Part shown: positions 11,749 to 26,800 of the stretch, piece after piece
How the letters are laid out: each line of letters opens with the position of its first letter
Numbering within the stretch: position 1 is the stretch's first letter
Assembly: GCA_032718475.1 (NCBI GenBank)
Contig: JAUCBJ010001932.1
Span: 1 to 64,000, forward strand
Length of the DNA: 64,000 nt
Direction: 5' to 3'
DNA from: Nemertoderma westbladi
Lineage: Eukaryota > Animalia > Xenacoelomorpha
Notes under the pieces: model-generated
What the model was told of the DNA's origin: nothing
Seen by the model: the letters and a program-made list of their open reading frames with translations, nothing else
The model's database searches: none
Translations under genes and position numbers: made by a program

Positions 11749-14700
11749 GGTGCCAAACTAATCAGTTCGGGCTCTCAGGTTTAAACTCGAATGATGATGA
11801 TCGATCACAAAACTTGGTAAACAATAATATGACTACTAATATTACACCTTCCGTTTCTGATGAACCTGCAATTACTAGATCACTTAACGTAGGACATTTA
11901 AATGTTGAAGGTATTAGTTCAGCGCTAGCGGATGTTGATTTTCATAAACTCGTGCGAGCACACGATATTTTTATATGTACGGAAACTTGGTTAGCTCCAT
12001 ATGGATTACTAAACTTAGATATAGGGGGATATAATTATTTTAAGGTGTGTCGGAATAAGAAACATCGTAGTGCAAAACGAGTCAGTGGTGGAGTGTTGGT
12101 ATATTTTAAAATTGATCTAGAACCACACGTAACCAATCTAAATGATTTCAGTGTAGAAGATATTATATGGTTAAAACTAGATAAACAATGTTTAGGTTTA
12201 GAAAGGGATCTTATTTTTTGTTGTGCATATATAGCGCCGTACAATTCCACTAGCCACAACAACAGTGCGATTGACTTATTTGATGATATTGAAAGAGGGT
12301 TGGCATTTTATTGGGACAGTGCAGATATACTAGTTATTGGTGATTTAAATGCCAGAACGGCTAAAGGATGCGATTATATTGTAAGCAATGGCGGGATGAT
12401 TACACATTGTGATGAATCACTTATTGGTGACCAGGTTGATGAAGAAAATGAATTTATTTATTATTGTATAAATATCGATAGAAATAATTTTGATAAAAAG
12501 GTAAATGCCTATGGTACAACATTATTAAACCTATGTAAAAACACTGGCCTACGCATTTTTAATGGAAGGCTAGGGAATGACGAAGCCTGTGGTGATTTTA
12601 CTTTTCGTTCTGGCAATGGTTCTTCTACAATTGATTATGTACTAGGCACAGTACCAATGATGGGGCATTGTAAAGATTTTTCTATTGGTATCCCAAATAT
12701 TTATAGTCACCACTGTACAATTTCATTTAAATTAGAAGTGCAAACATTTCTCGAGCCAAATGCTACTGAACCCGATGCTAGTAACATACATGTTGAGGGT
12801 ACTCCAGTAAACCGTTATTTTTGGAACGATAGAGTTAAACAGCAATTTAATACGAATATGAAAGATGCAAATATGATAAACGAGCTGCAGAATATTGGCG
12901 ACCTAATTATCTCCGATGTAAATTTTCCACTGCAAAATTTAGACGCTGCGGTGGGGAACCTTTCGGATATATTCGATCGTCAGGCAGAAATTTTATCATT
13001 ACATCGAACTGATAACGAACAAGGTAATGTTAATTCCTTTTGTAATGGTGCAATTTGGTTTAATTTAGAATGTAGGGATGCAAAGTTGGCTTTTAATAGT
13101 GCGTTGTCTAATTGGAAAAGTTCTGGAGCACCTGAAGCGTAATCCTTACTTCAAAGGAGGCGTGCTCAATATAAAGCAACCCTGCGTAAAACCCGATTTG
13201 AATATTCGAGAAATGAAGCGCAGCGCCTGAACCTGGAACGTGTGTCAGCAATGCGGAATTTCCGACATTATTGCCATAAGGCCCGAATGGCCGTCAATGA
13301 CATTCCCACGAGCCACTTTTTATAATATAGATGTATGCCATATATTTATGCCATTATTAATATTTATGCCAAGCGACAAAATCGTCGCATACAATTAATT
13401 TAGAAATTTTCACTATGCCTAGCTAGCGTATTCAGATAGTGGTCCAATAATTATCCGCAAGTGAAAAAGTGATCTCCTGCACAAATTGACCGCAGGTGAA
13501 ATAAAGTGTCATTTTGCGCCCATTAATTTACTCATTGTATCATATCATCTATTACAATAAATGTCTGATTTTGTTTGTTTTGGTTATATTTTAATATTTA
13601 TAATTAAATACATTTGATTGTTACTATGAAAAATTTTAAGCCCCCCCCTTAAGAAATTCCTGGATCCGCCCCTGGTCAGACCCGAAAAAGTTTTGGAAAA
13701 AATTGAAATCTATTTGCCGGGTTGCTATTCCGAGAGGGGCAAATGAACCATCTATTAACCAGTTTAAACAATATTTCGAGCGACTTAGTTCAAACAATTC
13801 AAATTTTCAGGATATGGGAAGGAATTGTAGTAGTTACGTAGGTAGAAATGTTAATATAATTGAAAGTAGAAATTGTTTTGAGAATGATTTGAGTATGCCA
13901 TTTGATGAAGTAGAAGTAAATAACGCTATTAATAAGTTAAAGCGCGGTAAATCCCCAGGTATAGACAATATTATTAGTGAATTCATTATTGAAGGTCGGG
14001 ATCAGTTAGTACCGGTGTTAACATTATTATTTAGTGCTATTTTGGAATCGGGCAATTTTCCACGAGATTGGACAATTGGTATTATATGCCCATTGTTTAA
14101 AAAGGGGAAAAAGTCGGATCCCGGTAACTATAGGGGAATAACTCTGTTGTCAATTTTGGGTAAATTATTCACATCCGTTATTAATAGTCGTTTACAATGG
14201 TGGGCAGATTGCTATGGTATTGTAGTTGAAGCCCAGGGTGGTTTTCGAGCAGGGTTTTCTACAGTTGACCAAATGTTTGTTTTACGTGCGCTTATTGATC
14301 ACTTTTTGTTAACTCGTAAGAAAAAATTATATTGTGCTTTTATTGACCTGAAAAAGGCATTCGATTCAGTTAGTCGTGCAGCTTTATGGTTGAAATTAAT
14401 CAATTTAGGTGCGGGTGGCAAAATGCTAAATGTTATTAAGAATATGTATAGTAGTGTAAAGTCATGTGTAAAAGTAGATGGTAAATTGTCAGAAACATTT
14501 TTAGTATCTATAGGAGTAAGACAAGGTGAGAGCTTATCACCCTTTTTGTTCAGTATTTTTATTAATGATTTGGAAAACGAATTAAGGCAAGGTGGCATTG
14601 AAGGTATAGATGTTGGTACGATGAAATTATTCTTATTGCTATTTGCTGACGACATCGTTATATTGGCAGAGACTGAGTCAGCTTTACAGCAATCCCTAAT

Positions 14701-15857
14701 AATTCTAGAATTTTATTGTAAATATTGGTGCTTGGAAGTAAACTTAGATAAATCTAATGTTGTTGTTTTTGGTCACAAAGGTCGTCCATCGGCGGTGCAA
14801 TTTTACTACAATAACAAAGTGATGCCAAAAATTAATCAGTATACATATTTAGGTATTATCTTCACGGTATCTGGAAAATTTTATATTGCCCAAAGTAACA
14901 TTGCAGAACGAGGTAGTAGAGCATATTTTTCTTTACTAAAATACTTTGTACGATTTCCCCATGCTACTTTCGATTGTGCTATAAATTTATTCAACACTTT
15001 AGTGAAACCTATTTTAATGTACGGTGCTGAAATTTGGGGTTTTGATACAGCTGATGATGTAGAAAGGGTACACTTACGGTTTCTGAAAAATTTTCTGGGT
15101 GTTAAAAAAAACTACTCCAAATTTTGCAGTATATGGAGAGACAGGTCAATTACCACTTATTTTCGAACGTCGATTCAGATTAGTTAAGTATTGGACCAGA
15201 ATTATTAATCTACCAAATACTAGGTTGGTGAAACAGGCTTATTTAATGTTGTGCAATGATTTGAATAACGTGCTAGATAGTAGTAGTAGTCATTTAACGC
15301 CAAAAAGTTGGGTTGTGCAATTAAGAGGAATACTAAATGATTTAGGATTTAGTTGGGCTTGGCAAAATCAGGATGTAGGTAATAGTGTTAATACTTTTCT
15401 ATTCAATGTAAAGCAACGTATCACTGATCAGTTTGTGCAATTTTGGAGATCAGAAGTAGCATCGTCCCCAAAAGGAAGATTTTATATAAAGGAAATATTC
15501 AAACCCTCGACTTACATTTACGTATTGAGTAATCATTTAGCGTTGCGCCGGCTTTTTGCGCAATTTAGATGCTCATCACACGGGCTGAGTATTGAAACGG
15601 GACGATGGTACGGTATAGCTAGGGACCAGCGAATTTGCAATATGTGCGATTCTAATTTAGTAGAAGACGAGTACCATTTTCTATTAGGTTGCACTTTTTA
15701 TCACAGCCTGCGGTGCAGATACTTGGGTATGAGATATATGGTTTTCCCGAATTTTTTAAAATTTATTGAATTAATGCAAACTGACGATCCTACTAAAGTT
15801 TTGAATATTGCGCGATATATTTTTCATGCATTTAAATTACGTGCAACTGTTAGCTAA
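11724..15857 (+). pseudogene. LINE ORF2 (APE endonuclease, RT, CCHC finger), disrupted
   Basis: NVEG, TETW, GDLNAR, STIDY (APE); NYRGITL, QGGFR, DLKKAFDSV, RQGESLSP, LFADD (RT); CNMC...EYHFLLGC. Stop at 13140-13142, insertion at 13249-13674, frameshift in the A-run near 15105. Confidence 0.9.
13249..13674. mobile_element. 426-bp non-autonomous DNA-element-like insertion in LINE ORF2
   Basis: GTCAG duplicated at 13244-13248 and 13675-13679; removal restores ...ERVSDPKKFWKK; right end CCTGGATCCGCCCCTG is a MITE-like terminus. Confidence 0.75.
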
Positions 15858-16399
15858 CTACTGTATACTAGTCTATTGGAAATGTTTAATTTACTGAAAT
15901 TGTTGATAATATTATGTATGTATATGTACAACAGGGGCTTTAAGTAGCCCGATCGTTGATTAATACTAATAATAAAAATAAATTAAAGTCGACGCAAAAA
16001 TAAGGATTGAAAGAGTCAATAACGATGTCATCAATTGTTACAGTGCGTGTTTTATGATCATATTTCACAACTTTACCTTGATTTTCGGGTTTCATGGCCT
16101 CAGCCGTTACCACGCCATGAAGTCTACCAAACTCAGCTCTGATTGATGGGTGTAGGCCTATATGGTTTCAGATTAACGTTTCCGAATATATCGTGACTCT
16201 TGAGGTTTTTAGCACAGACCAGCACTACTTTTCTGTCCACATCACCCATGCCAAATGGAAACAGTATTGGCCATGGTATAATGAATATCGGTCTGAATGA
16301 TGTCTGTGCGTTGGTTTGTCTGTTAGTCAGTCTGTGTCTGTCGGTTGGTCTGTCTGTGTACATCAAGACATAATAAAGCACAGATGGCTAAAATGTTTG

Positions 16400-17050
16400 A
16401 TATTGTTGTGTTCCTGAGTGGTGATTTCATCTACTGTAGCTACAACATTCCATATTGGGGAAGTCATTGTTGTGTTCCTGAGTGGTGATTTCACCTACTG
16501 TAGCTAAAACATCCCATATTGGGGTTTGATATTGTTGTGTTCCTGAGTGGTGATTTCACCTACTGTAGCTAAAACATTCCATATTGGGGTTGTCATTGTT
16601 GTGTTCCTGAGTGGTGATTCCACCTACTGTAGCTAAAACATTCCATATTGGGGTTTGATATTGTTGTGTTCCTGAGTGGTGATTTCACCTACTGTAGCTA
16701 AAACATTCCATATTGGGGTTTGATATTGTTGTGTTCCTGAGTGGTGATTTCACCTACTGTAGCTAAAACATTCCATATTGGGGTTTGATATTGTTGTGTT
16801 CCTGAGTTGTGATTTCACCTACTGTAGCTAAAACATTACATATTGGGGTTTGATATTGTTGTGTTCCTGAGTGGTGATTTCACCTACTGTAGCTAAAACA
16901 TTCCATATTGGGGTTTGATATTGTTGTGTTCCTGAGTGGTGATTTCACCTACTGTAGCTAAAACATTCCATATTGGGGTTTGATATTGTTGTGTTCCTGA
17001 GTGGTGATTTCACCTACTGTAGCTAAAACATTCCATATTGGGGTTGTCAT
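16400..17050. repeat. 64/65-bp tandem repeat, about 10 copies
   Basis: Unit ATTGTTGTGTTCCTGAGTGGTGATTTCACCTACTGTAGCTAAAACATTCCATATTGGGGT followed by TGTC or TTGAT. Confidence 0.95.
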
Positions 17051-17857
17051 TTGCTGTGATTCTTTTAATAATACTGTTTTATTGAGGAAGGCAATAAAAC
17101 GCTCGTCGACTCTCATAGCTTCAGTAAATCACATCGTCACATGACATAAAGATAAATGGCGTGACTTAACTGTATGAATAATACAACTGTATTAGCATGC
17201 GTTCTCCGATATAACTCCATATGATTGGTAGTACAGTACAATAGACTTGGTTAAAGTCACAGATTGCAGCCTCGGATAGTAATTTACGACTATTGAAAAC
17301 TTCGACTACTTCGAAGCGATATGATTACATTACCTACTACAGTACCTATGCAGTTGGTTAGTTAAACACGCTCCACGTGTCTTACATAATATTCGCACAT
17401 ATGTTACATGCGTAGACCTATATACAGTAGGCCTACATACAGTACAGTTATTACTTCACTACATTTATTCTAGGATATTTTTTGTATTTGTATGATATCC
17501 CTTAATAAAAGCTATAATTTTAATCAAACAAACGTTTTGATATTTGTACGAATTATTATATAACATTAAGTCTAATTGATTTAGGGAAACGCAATGAGAA
17601 TATATAAGTAACAGCAAGCGCGATATTCTTTAACTTCAAATTAATATATTAAAGTACGTAAATACAATGAAATAATATACATAAGTTCTAAACGTTTCAC
17701 ACAAAATCATCATCAGTAATAATGTACAAAATTTAGCCTAAATGTAGCATACTGCAAGGTTTGAATTTATAAGGTTGGCGCTAAAAAATACATAATAAAA
17801 AGACGGTTCTAAGCTACTGTATAAATCGCCTAAAAAACTGTAAAAATATTTACTTAG

Positions 17858-20800
17858 TTATAGAAATGGATGCGGGAGCTAATATGTTATAGAAAGGGAT
17901 GCGGTAGCTAATATAGAAAGGGTTGCAGTAGCTAATATAGAAAGGGATGCGGTAGCTAATATAGAAAGGGATGCGGTAGCTAATATGTTATAGAAAGGGA
18001 TGCGGTAGCTAATATAGAAAGGGATGCGGTAGCTAATATAGAAAAGGATGCGGTAGCTAATATGTTATAGAAAGGGATGCGGTAGCTAATATGTTATAGA
18101 AAGGGATGCGGGAGCTAATATGTTATAGAAAGGGATGCGGTAGCTAATATGTTATAGAAAGGGATGCGGTAGCTATTATGTTATAGAAAGGGATGCGGTA
18201 GCTAATATGTTATAGAAAGGGATGCGGTAGCTAATATGTTATAGAAAGGGATGCGGTAGCTAATATGTTATAGAAAGGGATCGGTAGCTAATATAGAAAG
18301 GGTTGCGGTAGCTAATATAGAAAGGGATGCGGTAGCTAATATGTTATAGAAAGGGATGTGGTAGCTAATATGTTATAGAAAGGGATGCGGTAGCTAATAT
18401 AGAAAGGGATGCGATAGCTAATATGTTATAGAAAGGGATGCGGTAGCTAATATGTTATAGAAAGGGATGCGGTAGCTAATATAGAAAGGGATGCGATAGC
18501 TAATATGTTATAGAAAGGGATGTGGGAGCTAATATGTTATAGAAAGGGATGCGGTAGCTAATATGTTATAGAAAGGGATGTGGTAGCTAATATGTTATAG
18601 AAAGGGATGCGGTAGCTAATATAGAAAGGGATGCGATAGCTAATATGTTATAGAAAGGGATGCGGTAGCTAATATGTTATAGAAAGGGATGCGGTAGCTA
18701 ATATAGAAAGGGATGCGATAGCTAATATGTTATAGAAAGGGATGTGGGAGCTAATATGTTATAGAAAGGGATGCGGTAGCTAATATGTTATAGAAAGGGA
18801 TGTGGTAGCTAATATGTTATAGAAAGGGATGCGGTAGCTAATATAGAAAGGGATGCGATAGCTAATATGTTATAGAAAGAGATGCGGTAGCTAATATGTT
18901 ATAGAAAGGGATGCGATAGCTAATATGTTATAGAAAGGGATGTGGGAGCTAATATAGAAAGGGTTGCGGTAGCTAATATAGAAAGGGATGCGGTAGCTAA
19001 TATGTTATAGAAAGGGATGTGGTAGCTAATATGTTATAGAAAGGGATGCGGTAGCTAATATAGAAAGGGATGCGATAGCTAATATATTATAGAAAGGGAT
19101 GTGGGAGCTAATATGTTATAGAAAGGGATGCGGTAGCTAATATAGAAAGGGATGCGATAGCTAATATGTTATAGAAAGGGATGTGGGAGCTAATATAGAA
19201 AGGGTTGCGGTAGCTAATATAGAAAGGGATGCGGTAGCTAATATGTTATAGAAAGGGATGTGGTAGCTAATATGTTATAGAAAGGGATGCGGTAGCTAAT
19301 ATAGAAAGGGTTGCGGTAGCTAATATAGAAAGGGATGCGGTAGCTAATATGTTATAGAAAGGGATGTGGTAGCTAATATGTTATAGAAAGGGATGCGGTA
19401 GCTAATATAGAAAGGGATGCGATAGCTAATATGTTATAGAAAGGGATGTGGGAGCTAATATGTTATAGAAAGGGATGCGATAGCTAATATGTTATAGAAA
19501 GGGATGCGGTAGCTAATATGTTATAGAAAGGGATGCGGTAGCTAATATAGAAAGGGTTGCGGTAGCTAATATAGAAAGGGATGCGGTAGCTAATATGTTA
19601 TAGAAAGGGATGTGGTAGCTAATATGTTATAGAAAGGGATGCGGTAGCTAATATAGAAAGGGATGCGGTAGCTAATATGTTATAGAAAGGGATGTGGTAG
19701 CTAATATGTTATAGAAAGGGATGCGGTAGCTAATATGTTATAGAAAGGGATGCGGTAGCTAATATAGAAAGGGTTGCGGTAGCTAATATGTTATAGAAAG
19801 GGATGCGGTAGCTAATATAGAAAGGGATGCGGTAGCTAATATGTTATAGAAAGAGATGCGGTAGCTAATATGTTATAGAAATGGATGCGGTAGCTAATAT
19901 AGAAAGGGATGCGATAGCTAATATGTTATAGAAAGGGATGTGGGAGCTAATATGTTATAGAAAGGGATGCGGTAGCTAATATGTTATAGAAAGGGATGCG
20001 GTAGCTAATATGTTATATAAAGGGATGCGGTAGCTAATATAGAAAGGGTTGCGGTAGCTAATATAGAAAGGGATGCGGTAGCTAATATGTTATAGAAAGG
20101 GATGTGGTAGCTAATATGTTATAGAAAGGGATGCGGTAGCTAATATAGAAAGGGATGCGATAGCTAATATGTTATAGAAAGGGATGTGGGAGCTAATATG
20201 TTATAGAAAGGGATGTGGTAGCTATTATGTTATAGAAAGGGATGCGGTAGCTAATATGTTATAGAAAGGGATGCGGTAGCTAATATGTTATAGAAAGGGA
20301 TGCGGTAGCTAATATGTTATAGAAAGGGATGCGGTAGCTAATATAGAAAGGGTTGCGGTAGCTAATATAGAAAGGGATGCGGTAGCTAATATGTTATAGA
20401 AAGGGATGTGGTAGCTAATATGTTATAGAAAGGGATGCGGTAGCTAATATAGAAAGGGATGCGATAGCTAATATGTTATAGAAAGGGATGTGGGAGCTAA
20501 TATGTTATAGAAAGGGATGCGATAGCTAATATGTTATAGAAAGGGATGCGGTAGCTAATATGTTATAGAAAGGGATGCGGTAGCTAATATAGAAAGGGTT
20601 GCGGTAGCTAATATAGAAAGGGTTGCGGTAGCTAATATAGAAAGGGATGCGGTAGCTAATATGTTATAGAAAGGGATGTGGTAGCTAATATGTTATAGAA
20701 AGGGATGTGGTAGCTAATATGTTATAGAAAGGGATGCGGTAGCTAATATAGAAAGGGGTGCGGTAGCTAATATAGAAAGGGATGTGGTAGCTAATATGTT

Positions 20801-23800
20801 ATAGAAAGGGATGCGGTAGCTATTATGTTATAGAAAGGGATGCGGTAGCTAATATGTTATAGAAAGGGATGCGGTAGCTAATATGTTATAGAAAGGGATG
20901 CGGTAGCTAATATGTTATAGAAAGGGATGCGGTAGCTAATATAGAAAGGGTTGCGGTAGCTAATATAGAAAGGGATGCGGTAGCTAATATGTTATAGAAA
21001 GGGATGTGGTAGCTAATATGTTATAGAAAGGGATGCGGTAGCTAATATAGAAAGGGGTGCGGTAGGTAATATGTTATAGAAAGGGATGCGGGAGCTAATA
21101 TGATATATAAAGGGATGCGGTAGCTAATATGTTATAGAAAGGGATGCGGTAGCTAATATAGAAAAGGATGCGGTAGCTAATATGTTATAGAAAGGGATGC
21201 GGTAGCTAATATAGAAAAGGATGCGGTAGGTAATATGTTATAGAAAGGGATGCGATAGCTAATATGTTATAGAAAGGGATGCGGTAGCTAATATGTTATA
21301 GAAAGGGATGCGGTAGCTAATATGTTATAGAAAGGGATGCGGTAGCTAATATGTTATAGAAAGGGATGCGGTAGCTAATATAGAAAGGGTTGCGGTAGCT
21401 AATATAGAAAGGGATGCGGTAGCTAATATGTTATAGAAAGGGATGTGGTAGCTAATATAGAAAGGGGTGCGGTAGCTAATATAGAAAGGGATGTGGTAGC
21501 TAATATGTTATAGAAAGGGATGCGGTAGCTATTATGTTATAGAAAGGGATGCGGTAGCTAATATGTTATAGAAAGGGATGCGGTAGCTAATATGTTATAG
21601 AAAGGGATGCGGTAGCTAATATGTTATAGAAAGGGATGCGGTAGCTAATATAGAAAGGGTTGCGGTAGCTAATATAGAAAGGGATGTGGTAGCTAATATG
21701 TTATAGAAAGGGATGCGGTAGCTATTATGTTATAGAAAGGGATGCGGTAGCTAATATGTTATAGAAAGGGATGCGGTAGCTAATATGTTATAGAAAGGGA
21801 TGCGGTAGCTAATATGTTATAGAAAGGGATGCGGTAGCTAATATAGAAAGGGTTGCGGTAGCTAATATAGAAAGGGATGCGGTAGCTAATATGTTATAGA
21901 AAGGGATGTGGTAGCTAATATGTTATAGAAAGGGATGCGGTAGCTAATATAGAAAGGGGTGCGGTAGGTAATATGTTATAGAAAGGGATGCGGTAGCTAA
22001 TATAGAAAGGGGTGCGGTAGCTAATATAGAAAGGGATGCGGTAGCTAAGATGTTATAGAAAGGGATGTGGTAGCTAATATGTTTTAGAAAGGGATGTGGT
22101 AGCTAATATGTTATAGAAAGGGATGCGGTAGCTAATATAGAAAGGGGTGCGGTAGCTAATATAGAAAGGGATGTGGTAGCTAATATGTTATAGAAAGGGA
22201 TGCGGTAGCTATTATGTTATAGAAAGGGATGCGGTAGCTAATATGTTATAGAAAGGGATGCGGTAGCTAATATGTTATAGAAAGGGATGCGGTAGCTAAT
22301 ATGTTATAGAAAGGGATGCGGTAGCTAATATAGAAAGGGTTGCGGTAGCTAATATAGAAAGGGATGCGGTAGCTAATATGTTATAGAAAGGGATGTGGTA
22401 GCTAATATGTTATAGAAAGGGATGCGGTAGCTAATATAGAAAGGGGTGCGGTAGGTAATATGTTATAGAAAGGGATGCGGGAGCTAATATGATATATAAA
22501 GGGATGCGGTAGCTAATATGTTATAGAAAGGGATGCGGTAGCTAATATAGAAAAGGATGCGGTAGCTAATATGTTATAGAAAGGGATGCGGTAGCTAATA
22601 TAGAAAAGGATGCGGTAGGTAATATGTTATAGAAAGGGATGCGATAGCTAATATGTTATAGAAAGGGATGCGGTAGCTAATATGTTATAGAAAGGGATGC
22701 GGTAGCTAATATGTTATAGAAAGGGATGCGGTAGCTAATATGTTATAGAAAGGGATGCGGTAGCTAATATGTTATAGAAAGGGATGCGGTAGCTAATATG
22801 TTATAAAAAGGGATGCGGTAGCTAATATGTTATAGAAAGGGATGCGGTAGCTAATATGTTATAGAAAGGGATGCGGTAGCTAATATGTTATAGAAAGGGA
22901 TGCGGTAGCTAATATGTTATAGAAAGGGATGCGGTAGCTAATATTTTATAGAAAGGGATGCGGTAGCTAATATGTTATAGAAAGGGATGCGGTAGCTAAT
23001 ATGTTATAGATAGGGATGCGGTAGCTAATATGTTATAGAAAGGGATGCGGTAGCTAATATGTTATAGAAAGGGATGCGGTAGCTAATATGTTATAGAAAG
23101 GGATGCGTTAGCTATTATGTTATAGAAGGAATGCGGTAGCTAATATGTTATAGAAAGGGATGCGGTAGCTAATATGTTATAGAAAGGGATGCGGTAGCTA
23201 ATATGTTATAGAAAGGGATGCGGTAGCTAATATGTTATAGAATGGGATGCGGTAGCTAATATAGAAAAGGATGCGGTAGCTAATATGTTATAGAAAGGGA
23301 TGCGGTAGCTAATATAGAAAAGGATGCGGTAGCTAATATGTTATAGAAAGGGATGCGGTAGCTAATATGTTATAGAAAGGGATGCGGTAGCTAATATAGA
23401 AGAGGATGCGGTAGCTAATATGTTATAGAAAGAGATGCAGTAGCTCATATGTTATAGAAAGGGATGCGGTAGCTAATATGTTATAGAAAGGGATGTGGTA
23501 GCTAATATGTTATAGAAAGGGATTCGGTAGCTAATATGTTATAGAAAGGGATGCGGTAGCTAATATGTTATAGAAAGGGATGCGGTAGCTAATATGATAT
23601 AGAAAGGGATGCGGTAGCTAATATAGAAAAGGATGCGGTAGCTAATACTGTATGTTATAGAAAGGGATGCGGTAGCTAATATGTTATAGAAAGGGATGCG
23701 GTAGCTAATATGTTATAGAAAGGGATGCGGTAGCTAATATGTTATAGAAAGGGATGTGGTAGCTAATATGTTATAGAAAGGGATGCGGTAGCTAATATGT

Positions 23801-26800
23801 TATAGAAAGGGATGCGGTAGCTAATATAGAAAAGGATGCGGTAGCTAATATGTTATAGAAAGGGATGCGTATCTAATATAGAAAAGGATGCGGTAGCTAA
23901 TATGTTATAGAAAGGGATACGGTAGCTAATATGTTATAGAAAGGGATGTGTTAGCTAATATAGAAAAGGATGCGGTAGCTAATATGTTATAGAAAGGGAT
24001 GCGGTAGCTAATATGTTATAGAAATGGATGTGGTAGCTAATATGTTATAGAAAGGGATGCGGTAGCTAATATAGAAAAGGATGCGGTAGCTAATATGTTA
24101 TAGAAAGGGATGCGGTAGCTAATATAGAAAAGGATGCGGTAGCTAATATGTTATAGAAAGGGATGCGGTAGCTAATATGTTATAGAAAGGGATGCGGTAG
24201 CTAATATAAAAAAGGATGCGGTAGCTAATATGTTATAGAAAGGGATGAGGTAGCTAATATCTTATAGAAAGGGATGCTGTAGCTAATATGTTATAGAAAG
24301 GGATGCGGTAGCTAATATGTTATAGAAAGGGATGCGGTAGCTAATATAGAAAATGATGCGGTAGCTAATATGTTATAGAAAGGGATTCGGTAGCTAATAT
24401 GTTATAGAAAGGGATGCGGTAGCTAATATAAAAAAGGATGCGGTAGCTAATATGTTATAGAAAGGGATGCGGTAGCTAATATCTTATAGAAAGGGATGCT
24501 GTAGCTAATATGTTATAGAAAGGGATGCGGTAGCTAATATGTTATAGAAAGGGATGCGGTAGCTAATATGTTATAGAAAGGGATGCGGTAGCTAATATGT
24601 TATAGAAAGGGATGCGGTAGCTAATATGTTATAGAAAGGGATGCGGTAGCTAATATGTTATAGAAAGGGATGCGGTAGCTAATATGTTATAGAAAGGGAT
24701 GCGGTAGCTAATATGTTATAGAAAGGGATGCAGTAGCTAATATGTTATAGAAAGGGATGCGGCAGCTAATATGTTATAGAAAGGGATGCGGTAGCTAATA
24801 TAAAAAAGGATACGGTAGCTAATATGTTATAGAAAGGGATGCGGTAGCTAATATGTTATAGAAAGGGATGCGGTAGCTAATATGTTATAGAAAGGGATGC
24901 GGTAGCTAATATGTTATAGAAAGGGATGCGGTAGCTAATATGTTATAGAAAGGGATGCGGTAGCTAATATGTTATAGAAAGGGATGCGGTAGCTAATATG
25001 TTATAGAAAGGGATGCGGTAGCTAATATGTTATAGAAAGGGATGCGGTAGCTAATATGTTATAGAAAGGGATGCGGCAGCTAATATGTTATAGAAAGGGA
25101 TGCGGTAGCTAATATAAGAAAGGGATGCGGTAGCTAATATGTTATAGAAAGGGATGCGGTAGCTAATATGTTATAGAAAGGGATGCGGTAGCTAATATGT
25201 TATAGAAAGGGATGCGGTAGCTAATATGTTATAGAAAGGGATGCGGTAGCTAATATGTTATAGAAAGGGATGCGGTAGCTAATATGTTATAGAAAGGGAT
25301 GCGGTAGCTAATATGTTATAGAAAGGGATGCGGTAGCTAATATGTTATAGAAAGGGATGCGGTAGCTAATATGTTATAGAAAGGGATGCGGTAGCTAATA
25401 TGTTATAGAAAGGGATGCGGTAGCTAATATGTTATAGAAAGGGATGCGGTAGCTAATATGTTATAGAAAGGGATGCGGCAGCTAATATGTTATAGAAAGG
25501 GATGCGGTAGCTAATATAGAAAAGGATGCGGTAGCTAATATGTTATAGAAAGGGATGCGGTAGCTAATATGTTATAGAAAGGGATGCGGTAGCTAATATG
25601 TTATAGAAAGGGATGCGGTAGCTAATATGTTATAGAAAGGGATGCGGTAGCTAATATGTTATAGAAAGGGATGCGGTAGCTAATATGTTATAGAAAGGGA
25701 TGCGGCAGCTAATATGTTATAGAAAGGGATGCGGTAGCTAATATAAAAAAGGATACGGTAGCTAATATGTTATAGAAAGGGATGCGGTAGCTAATATGTT
25801 ATAGAAAGGGATGCGGTAGCTAATATGTTATAGAAAGGGATGCGGTAGCTAATATGTTATAGAAAGGGATGCGGTAGCTAATATGTTATAGAAAGGGATG
25901 CGGTAGCTAATATGTTATAGAAAGGGATGCGGTAGCTAATATGTTATAGAAAGGGATGCGGTAGCTAATATGTTATAGAAAGGGATGCGGTAGCTAATAT
26001 AAAAAAGGATGCGGTAGCTAATATGTTATAGAAAGGGATGCGGTAGCTAATATGTTATAGAAAGGGATGCGGTAGCTAATATGTTATAGAAAGGGATGCG
26101 GTAGCTAATATGTTATAGAAAGGGATGCGGTAGCTAATATGTTATAGAAAGGGATGCGGTAGCTAATATGTTATAGAAAGGGATGCGAGTAGCTAATATG
26201 TTATAGAAAGGGATGCGGTAGCTAATATGTTATAGAAAGGGATGCGGTAGCTAATATGTTATAGAAAGGGATGCGGTAGCTAATATGTTATAGAAAGGGA
26301 TGCGGTAGCTAATATGTTATAGAAAGGGATGCGGTAGCTAATATAAAAAGGGATGCGGTAGCTAATATGTTATAGAAAGGGATGCGGTAGCTAATATCTT
26401 ATAGAAAGGGATGCGGTAGCTAATATGTTATAGAAAGGGATGCGGTAGCTAATATGTTATAGAAAGGGATGCGGTAGCTAATATGTTATAGAAAGGGATG
26501 CGTAGCTAATATGTTATAGAAAGGGATGCGGTAGCTAATATGTTATAGAAAGGGATAATAATAATAATATTGGTTATTTATATAGCGCTTTTCTACGCTC
26601 AGCATATTCAAAGCGATTTTATTATCATTACCCCAGCAAAGCTAGTTTCCCATTATACCGCTGGGTTGACGTAGGCACTAATGACTAAAGTGTCTTGCCT
26701 TGGGACACAACAGTGCGAAATTTCTACAGCCTTTATTCTGATTCGAACCTGCGCCACCAAACACTATTGTGTAAGCAGTTCAGGCGCCGTATCCACTCGG

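Larger units (their letters stand above)
10090..15990 (+). mobile_element. Near full-length LINE with ORF1 and APE-RT-CCHC ORF2 (RTE-X-like, clade tentative)
   Basis: ORF1-like region, APE endonuclease, RT, C-terminal CCHC finger and an A-rich 3' end are present in order. Confidence 0.85.

Noticed and set aside
10062-15971. TAATACTAATA at both ends as the LINE TSD
   Set aside because: AT-rich, and the right copy precedes the A-rich tail, so it may be coincidence; not used for boundaries.
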